Source: Phoronis australis (taxonomy: Eukaryota > Animalia > Phoronida). Taken from it: a stretch of DNA of 64,000 nucleotides. Positions 53,319-64,000 of the stretch are shown in pieces (position 1 is the stretch's first letter; every line of letters starts with the position of its first letter). The position numbers and the translations under genes are program-made. The DNA lies in assembly GCA_002633005.1 (NCBI GenBank), contig NMRA01000346.1, forward strand, positions 258,579-322,578. Direction: 5' to 3'. The notes under the pieces are model-generated. The model saw only the letters and a program-made list of their open reading frames with translations. It was not told the origin of the DNA and did not search any database.

Positions 53319-55617
53319 CAGAAGACTGTTAATGAACATCCGACCTCCGCGACATGTGTGTATATACGTATGAGTGTATAGACGACAATAAAGTTTGAAG
53401 GACTTAGCTTTTGTAAACAGCATTTTTATGAATGGAACATGATTTACTCCAAAAGTCTTCAATAAACATTCGAAACAGTGACTTCAAATAAATAGGAATA
53501 AATACACAAATAAATGAAGAGATGATGCGAAAAACTTACCTCCCTCTCCATATGTGGTTCTCCAACCCTCTTGCATATTTGAACACACCCCCGTGTGTGT
53601 TATATAAAGTCCATGAACATCAACAGGCACACAAATGATGGTGTGATGATATTTATTAACCTGGTGGTAATTTATTGACAGAAAAACCGCGAGTTCTGCA
53701 ACGTGATACGTACCTTTGGTGCGAGAGAAACTCAGCACGTAAACATGACGAGAAAAGGTGCTTTTCCTGTCTCAATACCAATGATTACTCATCTCAAGGG
53801 CTTGCTACTTTCGCCGGAAAAGTTACCGATTGATTGAAAAGCAACCGATGCCGTTCTTATTATAGTGGCAATGAGTTGTAACCAATTAACTTTACATCAC
53901 CGCCTTGCACCAGCGTTTGTTCAGATCACTCAAAACTTCGCACTGTTCAGATTTGGAGAGAATCTTGATTAAGTAGGTGGTTGTCTTAAGTGCCGTGAAC
54001 TAATATAGTTACCAATTCACTAGAAGATTTATTTCACTAGCCCCTAGAAAAGAACTGAACGCTTACGTCACAGTGTGATCAACAACATTAGCATATTGAT
54101 TAGCTCTACACCGGGGGTGCTCCCGTTCAGAAGTAAGGCACTGATGCTTCATAGGGTTGTCTTAAAGGTGCAGCCTTCCATCTTTTTATTTAGAACATTT
54201 ATCGTTACAAATTTGGCTTCAGATTGTTTATCAGTCAAACTGGAGCTGAATTCAGGGCTTAGAAGGAAATGACTCTTTGTTCTTGCTTGAGAGAAGGCAC
54301 AACCAAAAATTGGCTTGTCACACGGGGTGTCATTTTATTTGGTGTCGACCGACAGTTCCTGGCACCTTCTCACTTAAGTAAGGAAAAATTTGAGACAACG
54401 TCAAAGTGGGAGTGGCCTTTCAAACATGATGCGGTCGCTCAGATATGTTTCACTAGCTTTACACATATGATTAGTCGTATGTTCAAACAGTATGGTAACA
54501 TGGTGAAATATAGATACATTGTGCGGTAGGGTTGCAAATGAAGTTGTTATCATTGTGGTCATATTCCTAATTAGAAGTACCAAAGGCTTGCACCCATCGA
54601 CTCACGATTTTTTTGTTGGCAGTAGACTGCGTAAAAAAGAATTGCTGGGATGCAGCTTTTCATTTTCATTTTTCAATAAAAATTATGTGTTGAATCTGCG
54701 CTAAAATTCAAAGCATTCAGTCTCGTACTCTTCAGCCGGTTTAATAACAAAAATGAAACTAGGCTTTTTACTCTCATAAAATTGACCTAAAAACACCCTT
54801 ACAGTGAAAACATTCTATTCCGGTTACTAAAAAATAGCAAAACTATCACCGACTCAAAGACTTTTTAGAGTTTATTGGGATTTGTCAAGTAACACTAAAA
54901 TCCCTAATTCGGAAATGGCCCATTGTACACATTGCCTGTGACTGTGGAGTTGCCGGCTCATAAAACATCAATTCAAATTCGGATGAGCGTGGTAATGCTT
55001 CGATTAAGAATTTGAAATCGACAGCTAAACAGCTGCGAAACGCACCTTTAATTATGACGAACACGTTTGGAAACCTGCACTGCACGCGCGTGTTGAGGGA
55101 ATCGACAATATGCAACCTCATTAGCCTTTTTTTACTTAAACAGTTGTGGATCGTTTTAATGAGATGTATTCACACCGAATTGCGTAACTGCGAGGACAAG
55201 GCATAATAAACACCAACGAATCGCCAAAAGTTGTAATGAATGGTTGTTTAAAACATCCTGAGGATTCTTGTGATGGCTTTGACGAAAGTAAGTTAATCAG
55301 GAAATTTATGGCATGCTACAGAGTGATGGTCAAACCATATCGGAGGAACCAAATTCACGTTTGTTGTCCGGTTCAAGGCAAGCTTGAAAAGTGTCAAAGT
55401 CGCGTTCATTTAAACCTCTCACCACAATAAAACTGGTCTCGACTGATTACACAGTCTAAAGAAGAAGTGGTTTTTGAGTCTTAAAAGAACTCACAGTTCA
55501 TAATTCAAAAGTCATTACTAGGTTTATAAACAGTGAACAAGAATCACGGGCTGGTTTCACCAACTACAGAATGACAGCAGGAACGAAACGAATAAATGAA
55601 AGCGCTCTGAGGAGCGA

Positions 55618-55953
55618 AACTTGGCGAAATTAACCAAAAAACACGTTCGAGAGGACGAGAAAAGACGACGACAGACATGATGACGAAGATGACAGCTATG
55701 ACGACGATGGTGGCGATAATGGACAACCCTAGTTATGATATCATTCATATAACGAACGTAGAGGTCAGAAATCGCTAAGAAATAGGCTACAGTCTTGAGC
55801 GACACTTGGCGAAATTAACTGAAGAAAAGACGACGTCGGAGATGATGACGAAGATGACGAATATGATGATGGTGGTGGCCATGATGAAGAACATCATAAC
55901 ATTCATATGACGAATTTAGATGTCATAAATCATTAAGAAATAGGCTGCAGTCT
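55618..55953 (+). repeat. Diverged tandem duplication (~175 + ~150 bp) with GAT/GAC-rich core
   Basis: Both units begin ACTTGGCGAAATTAAC (55619, 55804), contain ATGATGACGAAGATGAC and end TAAGAAATAGGCT(A/G)CAGTCT. Confidence 0.85.
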
Positions 55954-55984
55954 AGTTCAATAGAAGCTAAACCAACCTGTATGC

Positions 55985-56806
55985 AGCAAGGGCGCTCAAC
56001 AAAGGAGCAGCGTTATCACAAAATCTCAAATAACTCGAAAAGTAGACGTCGTAGAGAAAAATGGAAAGCATTTTCTGAAAGCCCGTTCAAAGTTCTATCT
56101 AAACTAATGGTATCGCCTAATTCCGTAAATTTTTCGAAAAAAATGAAATTTTGCGTTTTTTTTAAGAAATTCAAAGTCAAATAACTCAAAAACGGTAAGT
56201 CTGAGAAAAAAAGTGTACAAACCATTTGAAGGATAATACTTCAAAGAATCTACATGCAAAAAATCACGTCTTTTACTCTTCCCCTTTAAAATCGCACTTC
56301 AGACGACTGAAAATGGGTCAACATGCGCCATATCCGCCATCTTGAATGTAACTTCCGGTTTTTTGGCTTTGTATAATAGCATGTTACAAGAAACTTGTAC
56401 TTGTAAAAATTCGAAGGAATTGGTCTGATGATGCGCCCTCTAGAGGAGAAAACGTTTTTAAGCCAAAATCGAGGTGCGCATGCGCGATTGCCGATATTTC
56501 CGCCATCTTTAGCCGGAAGTAAACAATTTCCGGTATACTTGTAGCAAGCTTCCGGTCCATTTACTGTGCTGATTCTTAGCCTTCTACGTAAAAAATTGTA
56601 GCCTCCAGAAGCATTTGAACCTTTAAATGGAAACAAAATGGCCGCCACAACCGCCATCTTGGATCCGATTTTGACGAGAAACAATAGGCTTCCAGTACTT
56701 CTTGATGATCGGACGAAAATTGCGACCTGTATCGTGCGAACAAACAAAAAAAACAAACTTAGTGTCAGAGCAATATACTTGGCGAAATTTATTTCGCCAA
56801 GTAATA
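55985..56806 (+). mobile_element. Helentron-associated (HINE-like) non-autonomous element; 5' boundary approximate
   Basis: An (ACAA)-like microsatellite at ~56738-56758 is followed by a perfect 13-bp hairpin TACTTGGCGAAAT-TT-ATTTCGCCAAGTA (56776-56803) and an A-rich flank. Internal CCGCCATCTT repeats. Confidence 0.6.
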
Positions 56807-57559
56807 AATAATAAGAGAAAACCAAACTAAAAGCAGTGTATATGACAATGCACACTCGTAGGGGCCTTTGCATTGATATGACTGTATTCCAGAATATTTG
56901 TCTTACACTTCGACATAATCGAGGGTATGCCTGGCACACAACTTCTACGTAGTACCACGTGATAGATCATGAACACACCGGCCCTAAAATCTCACCAATT
57001 TAGGACATAAAGGATCGACAAGTGGAATTTTCATAGTTTCATAAAAGACCAATAGTAAATGAATTCATTATTTTGGATGACCACGTCTACCAAGAGACAA
57101 CTTTCGTGTAGAAATCTGCAAAATTGCGGGCGGCTTTTTGAAAATCAGAAAGGCAATTATTTTTTTCCGAAGTTGGTGAAATTGTTTCCTGCTCCGTTAA
57201 TGAAATGACCCATCGTGAGAAGAGGTCTTGCTGAGGATCGACTCCAGTCATAGTGAACAGTCAGTTCTTTCCATGCCTAGAAATTACCTTTAATGTGAGC
57301 CACGAAACAAGTGGAGACCAATTTAATAGCTTACGTGGGCTAAATTAAAAATCGAGCAACCCACACATTTGTCTCTCATTAAAGTGAATTTAGAATTTCC
57401 TAACTAGAATTGCTGGTCACTAGATAGGAACACAAACTTAAGACCCGTTCTACAAGAAAAGGCGATACAAACAGCTTTTACGAGCTACTGTACAACGTTC
57501 TGATTTAAACTAAATACGAAACAGTGTATACAGGGGTACGTAGCCAATAATGAGTGCAC

Positions 57560-57715
57560 GTGTGTACATTTTTGTGTGTATGCATGTTTGTATGTATGCA
57601 TGTTTGTATGTATGCATGTATGTATGTATGTATGTGTTTACGTATGTGTGTACGTATGTATGTATGTATGTATGTATGTATGCAGATGAACGTATGCATG
57701 TTTTTATGTATGAAT
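57560..57715. repeat. Imperfect (TATG)n microsatellite
   Basis: Directly visible, with CATG/TTTG/TACG variants. Confidence 0.95.
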
Positions 57716-59413
57716 GCTAAATGGAGTCTAATTAAATTGCTCAGGCGACTTCGAGATAACGACGCGCACTTTTGTCTCGTTGTTGGATCGTTAAGAACAC
57801 AGCAAGGTTTTATACATGTAGATGGAAAGTACGCGTCACAGCACCAAGTGCACGGTAGTTTGGTGTTGTTTCTCACGGAACAAAAAGCGTAGACAAACGG
57901 TGCGTTCTGTCAAGCGTTAGCAAATAGCCTTGAATCCCTCACTCCCTGAAGCTTTATGTTTCTTTCAAAATAACAACAATTGTGGACGGAGTGTGTCGAA
58001 GAAATTCAGGCCGTTCATAACAGACTTGAAAACGGTCACAGAGGGTTATAGAGATAAAGAAGGACTACCCATGCAAACTTGACTTCAAACAAACGCATCT
58101 GGTACTGATGTGTTTGAAGTCATCATCTTTAATGAGAACACAGAAACTGTTGTGTTTATAAAACAATAGAGGACCCGCACTCAACATGAGTATTCAAAGC
58201 TCGTATCAAGCAATGATTGACAATCATAATTATACGTGTCCACTGTGACACAGCCCGCATAATAATAAAATCTTGTCATCAATACCCTTCAAAACACAAA
58301 TCAAGGTGAATACGGACAACTCAAAAGTGCGGTGGGTGCAAAAACATCGTACACAGCTGCCATGTCCCGAAATACCACATCGTAAATCTGTGGCATTTAC
58401 CCGCTGTTGTGCGCATCCAGTCTAAGGCCAATTGTTTAACTCATTTCATGCATGGCCTATTCGTATTTAACAACAAAATTGATTAAATTATAAAATGCAT
58501 GTTTATTCTCCCAGGTTAAGTTATACGTGTGTAAAACGACAGTCAGATAGCTTGATTATTGCAAGACGTCAAACACATTGTTCACCAATAACAACGTGAC
58601 GTGAGGTTGTGTGAGGTAATTGTTTTAATCCAGGGTACACCGTTTATGCATCCGGGCAATGCAATATGTGAAATGCGCACGCTGACTCTCAAGATTGTAT
58701 GCAGATCTTCATTAGTTAAACAAAACGGTGTCTTTACTCATCTGAAGTTCAAAAGCTGCATAAAGAAGATGTTCTTTCTACATTTTGTTTTCACTACCTG
58801 TTTAGAATAGTTTATGTCAGAATTAATTTATCGTTCGTTATTCCGATGGCAAAACTGATTTCCTGTTGCGAAGTGGGTTGCATTGGTCAAATGAAAAACT
58901 GAGTGGGTGGAGTATCTTCTTCACTTCAAGATAATTAGCTGATAAACCTTCCAATGCGGGGCCGGTTAGGGATTGAATTCGGGACGCGTCACTTGCAGAC
59001 GCTGCGAAAACTGTGCCTCATTCCAACTACGGTCGCGGTAATTTAGAAGTTGCGCACGGTAATTTATATGAAGTTGTGTCCTTAGAAAGCTGCATCCTTC
59101 TAAAATCTTTGTTTTCTTCATGGTTTTCCGTTTTGAAACCGACAGAAAAACACGCCATGTAATTTTAACACGCACCGAGGCAACTACAACGTGCTCACAC
59201 TAGCACCAATGGCGGTTTCCATGGAAATGCATTTGCATGAACGGTCACGACCGCTATTACAACGTGCCTACACAGTGGCGTGTCTAGGATATCCTAAGAG
59301 GTACCTCAGATGCAGTTTTAAAGCGTAGGCATAGAACTGTGTTCTTTTCTTTGGTCGTGTTCGTAGTGTGGTGGTGGGGGTCCCGCTTAAGCTACGTGTG
59401 CTAAGGAGGCCTG

Positions 59414-59849
59414 TCCCCGGTTGCATGAAACAGGCCCAGATAGGGACTCGATTAAGGTCTTTAAATCTTCTGCGTATTTGCAGGCTTGTGAAAACACCGG
59501 TTGTCATATATTATGGTGTTTGAGTATCATTACTATGCCAATGTTTGGCTTTGATACAAATCGAGAGTGAAATCTAGATTGGATTCTCAATATTATTGAA
59601 AATAGGTAGGGATCTTTTCATGCAACGCCCCCAATTTAAGGACTAAGTCACTAACTGTTTTGATTGAATTAAAGGGTCAGTTTTTAGTTATATTTTTAGA
59701 AAATGTCATTAGTCAAAGAAGACCTCACAATAAAGATAACGTTATAGAAAAAAAATATTACATCTGTGCCTAAAGAACGAAACAAATACGAAAAAGATTT
59801 AATGAACTTAGTTGAGCCCCTATTTGGGACTGTTTCATGCAACCGGGCA
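59414..59849 (+). mobile_element. PIF/Harbinger-like MITE, family C copy 2
   Basis: Same TIRs and interior as 52899-53318. TSD CTG/CTG. Confidence 0.92.
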
Positions 59850-61499
59850 CTGGAACGCGAAAACTCGTAAAACATCAAATGGTGTCGAATCTACTTCTTA
59901 AAGATACTGACGTGAGAGTTACTCACGTTGAATTTTCGTGGGCGGCGCATCATAGTGGGCTGGGGGGCTATAGCCCCACATTTTTCAGTGCTGCACCGCC
60001 CATGGTATTGCAAGAATTTCTTGAAAAAATCGTCTGAATCGATGCTTTTCCACCCCATCTGTCCAATTACTGTTTGTAGCCAACTGTTGTGTCATCCATC
60101 TCGTGATCGGCATCTCGCCTTTTCTCACACGGGACTAGGACAATTATATAATCAGCAATTGAACGGTAGACGTTAATTAGTTGTAGTACATATAAAGACG
60201 CTTGGTTTCTGTTTCTGTGGCATTTGACCACTTTGAATCATGCAGTTTAGTCTATTTTTTACGTTCTACGCCACTTTAATGGACAGTCCATGCACCTTAA
60301 ATCGTTATGTGTATGATTCCATAGAATAGCGAATGTTTTATAGGGCAAGAGTAAAATTCAGCTCAGCTATATTTAAAACGTTTATATTTGAACCGAACAC
60401 GACACTGATATTTTAAAATTACGTTCATTTTCTCCGGAGAGAATGGTCATGTACATGTAGTTTTTTTCAATTTTCACCTCTAAACAATTTAAGAAATGCT
60501 TTCCTCGAACGAATGTTCGTTATTCTTGATGTATAAATTGTCTAGATAGTCCAAGCAATGCTTCAGCAGCACCACAGAACACAATCTAAACACTCAGCTG
60601 GAGGCTCGTCTAATAATCATGCAAAATTTCCTTTTTTCGTCATTCACCGCAAGAAAACAGCAAACGAAGAAGGGCCTATAGCAATAGTTTTGAACATTCG
60701 CCGGTACCTTTTCCCACGGGTACCAGGGCACTGCATGTTGAATAGAACACTAATGTTAGAGGATGTTGTTCATAGTTGTTTGAATTAAATGCATGTTCTC
60801 GGGGTGACGTAAACGAAAGTCAGGTAATAAGCCTACCCGTTGATTACATTTAGCAATTTATGGCTTCAGTATGGTGCTTTGAACGTATTGTGGGCACTAA
60901 ATGTTCATGTGTTACCGTTCAAGATAGGCTTTAAGCCACTATCAACACTATGCTGGTGCTGGACGCATTAACTGTCTTCCCGGACATACTCCCTCTTCCA
61001 ATGCTACAACGCCGCGTTCTAATTCTGTGTTTCTGAGGAATTGAAATTGGTTACAGTAATCCTCAATTTTTACGGCTGAGGTCTTGCTGCTTCGGTGAGT
61101 GAGGCTAGCCCCCGAATTGATAAATCGCAGAGTATTTCAAACCTATTTAACTTGCAAATTCACCGGTCTTGATTTCAGCGAATGTCTGTATGACAACTGC
61201 TGTAATTGGTCATTTGTAGTAAAATCACAAAAACGGAACAAATTTTGATACTTACCAAGAACTAATATTCAATACGGAGCCTTTGATTCTGTAAGTTTAC
61301 CAAAGATAAAATCCTAAAATGAAAAAAATGATGGACAAATTATATTTTTAATTTATTCATTAAAACAGCGAAGATTAAAAATGACATACACATTCACAAA
61401 GCCAGTACAGATGTTCACGATTTTCCGATTCCTCTCCGCAAATCAAATATATACGAATACTCTATGCCTCTAAAAGAGTGACAACTTGTGAAATGCTGG

Positions 61500-61625
61500 C
61501 TTGTGTCATTAGCACACCAATTAAAGTGGCATGATCGGCGACAGAAATGTTTTTTATGCCAGCGCGGAATCGAATCTGCAACCCCCGCAGTTGCAGGTTA
61601 ACATTCTGCTGGCTTATTAAGTGAC
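61500..61625 (-). mobile_element. Possible tRNA-derived SINE head remnant
   Basis: Minus strand GGTTGCAGATTCGATTCCGCGCTGGC resembles a T-arm/B box. The A box is poor. Confidence 0.35.
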
Positions 61626-62337
61626 AACCGTTTTAGGCTTACTTTACAGGTACATATAAAGTCAGCGGCATTGATTTCAGAGAATGTCTGGCATCTAGTG
61701 TAAGTTGTGAATTGGCGATTTGTAATGAAATGACAAAAACTCAAGGTTTTTGTTGTTGGAGCTGTGGCCAAAACTACTAACTTGCCTATTCAACATTAAC
61801 CACAAAAATATGCGTTTGAACGCCGAGTGTGTCCCACTACTTCGTTCATATGTTCTACTTTGGACGGATTTCTACGGGCATGCACACAACAAAGAATTTA
61901 TGCTTTCATGCTTGGTTATTCACGCAGCAGGTTCCGTTGTTGTTTTGTGAAAACAAGGTACAGTCACAAACAGCGCTCTTTTCCTTTCAACTAAAACTGT
62001 TTCCGAGTATAAAGATTGATAATTTATGACTTGGGCAAGAGGGGGAAAATAATGGAGTCTATGGTACGTTTTAGAAAGGGAATATTTCAAGACGACAGGT
62101 AAAGTTTTCATCATCACGTTTCTGTAGTTGAGCTCGATTCTTGTTGACACGACTTGTCAAAGCTGCGAATGTATGCAGGAGGTTGAACGAAAACCTACCA
62201 TCAGTCACAGCGCCACTAAAACGGAAGAATGGCCGACATGGAGAAATCAGCGCGTGCATATCAGTGCGCATGCCCTGTAAACAAATGGCACTGGAATGAA
62301 GGGAGGACTGTAGTGGATCGTTTTGTCGTTTCATTTG

Positions 62338-62521
62338 AAACAGCTTATTATTTAAAATGACTTATTCTTATTAAAATGGCATAGGCAGAAAATTGAATGT
62401 TGGGCCTCTAAAGCGAGGCCTCGTATATTAATATAGGTGGCCTCGCTTTAGAGGCCCAACATTCAATTTTCTGCCTATGTCATTTCAATATGAATAAGTC
62501 ATTTTAAATAATAAGCTGTTT
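62338..62521. repeat. Near-perfect 184-bp palindrome (young foldback element)
   Basis: AAACAGCTTATTATTTAAAATGACTTATTC...GGGCCTCTAAAGCGAGGCC is mirrored about a central ATATTAATAT with only a few mismatches. Confidence 0.95.
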
Positions 62522-64000
62522 TGACGTCTTGTTACGTTGGTTATGTAAAAAACACGAACTTGTGTGAAACGCATCGATTTAGTCTGATCCTGTTTGTGCG
62601 GTAACAACAAGCCACTCGGGTATTTCTCAAGAGATGAATGGTAGTCTTAGGCATTTTTCAATATCAACCAATCGGAATGTCTAAACGGTATTTTCTTACC
62701 AATCAGAATGTTCCATGTAGCGCTGGGGAAGAATGAAATGGCAATCCTAATATTATTTGAAAATTATTCCGGACAGTAGTGCTAACACTTTTACTCCTTC
62801 GCTAATACGGTGGCTTGGAATGTATCTCCGTAGCAACAATTTTGCGTTTATTTTGCCATTCAAATTGTAGAAAAATCTAATCAATTCTTGTCACACAAGG
62901 AATCAGTACAAGAAAAAAAAAGTTACGAGAAAACTGATTGATTTACAAGGCGTCATTGATTAAGTTTAACTTTTAGGTATTGGAAGCTTTACATTAGACA
63001 TACCTGGTGCAAAAAATAGAAGTAATAACCACCTCGGGCAATGCACGCGTAAGCAACGGTTAATTTAACTGAACGAAGTGAAATAACAACTTTTCTTCTT
63101 ATTCAACATTAGCGTCCAAATCCTATCGGGCATCGGCATGATGTCTTTGTTGTCAAACCCTAAAAATGCACTTATTAATATTCAAAAATCGTCTTAAATT
63201 TGTTTCAAATGTTGTGTATGCTTTTTCTGTTCATATGCTACTATCACGGACTCTGAATAATTAACGTATCAACAGGATCAATCGCGACACCTACGAACAC
63301 AGTTAGAGGATTCCTGTTTTTGTCAAAATTCTAACTCGTAATTCGACTTCGTATGCTGGTCTCAACTCTCCCCTTTCTTTAAGGGGTTTAATGACTAGAG
63401 AAGAACTGATAGATGGTTAGCACTTGTGGCCATGATTGTATTTCGCCGATTATTGTCCTTAGCTGAATACACACCATGCTGTTTTGTGCCGCAATTGTTG
63501 TTGAGTCGTTTTGCTGTTAGGAATAAGAGGGTGGGGGCAAAAAAATCCAAAAATACCGTTCCGTCACGTGTCTGTTATTGTTACCATAGCAACATTTCTT
63601 GCCAATACTACTGTTAAAATTCAAGGCTATGAGGGTGATCTGTCTTTTTTACTGTTTGTTCATCATGAAGTACACACGTATTTGGAAGTATATCAGCGAT
63701 CCCGGTAAGTGTTAAAATCTAACTGGGAAATAAATTACATGTATGCTAACTGTATTGGTTGTCACTTGTTGTCATACGCGAAAATGATCAAGGGTGTTTG
63801 ACGCAGTTACTTTATTGTTTATTTCTTAAATGTTAATAGTTTACATTTTTTACCAATTGCAGATTTGGAAAAATGAAGATGTCACCAAATTATCTCTTTT
63901 TCTGTTACAGCCGTCTAAATAAAGGCATCTCTTGCAAACATGTGGAAAAAGCTTCTATTTAAATTGATGTCTGAAATTCTTTTGAAAATGGTTTAATTTC

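Noticed and set aside
55650-55895. Asp-rich coding exon (DDEDD...)
   Set aside because: Short, interrupted by stops, lacks convincing splice sites and lies in a tandem duplication.
56286-56939. Longest ORF in the track (217 aa, minus strand)
   Set aside because: Non-ATG start, runs across the HINE-like element boundary, no recognisable domain.
57505-57892. ORFs rich in MYVC/HTYI
   Set aside because: Translation of the (TATG)n microsatellite.
59937-60004. Mini hAT-like inverted repeat (similar case at 15274-15360)
   Set aside because: Short TIR-like ends but no matching 8-bp TSD and no second copy in the window; not supportable as a feature.

Overview
Eukaryotic (animal) DNA, AT-rich (roughly 38-40% GC by eye) and most like a marine invertebrate intergenic or intronic region; the taxon is an inference. 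I see no intact protein-coding gene, rRNA, true tRNA or CRISPR array, and most ORF-track entries are spurious. The window is a mosaic of decayed mobile DNA: a broken CR1/L2-type LINE RT fragment, hAT-, PIF/Harbinger-, ISL2EU- and Kolobok-like non-autonomous elements (several with intact TIRs and TSDs), a Helentron/HINE-like element, tRNA-derived SINE heads, foldback palindromes, Penelope-like hammerhead motifs and microsatellites. The strongest unexplained signal is heavy enrichment of TACATGTA (about 35 loci by eye versus about 2 expected), plus TACAGTA/TACTGTA. Three internal comparisons between repeat copies or palindrome arms show these motifs as insertions at a TA, matching Tc1/mariner excision footprints. 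All counts and alignments were done by eye.
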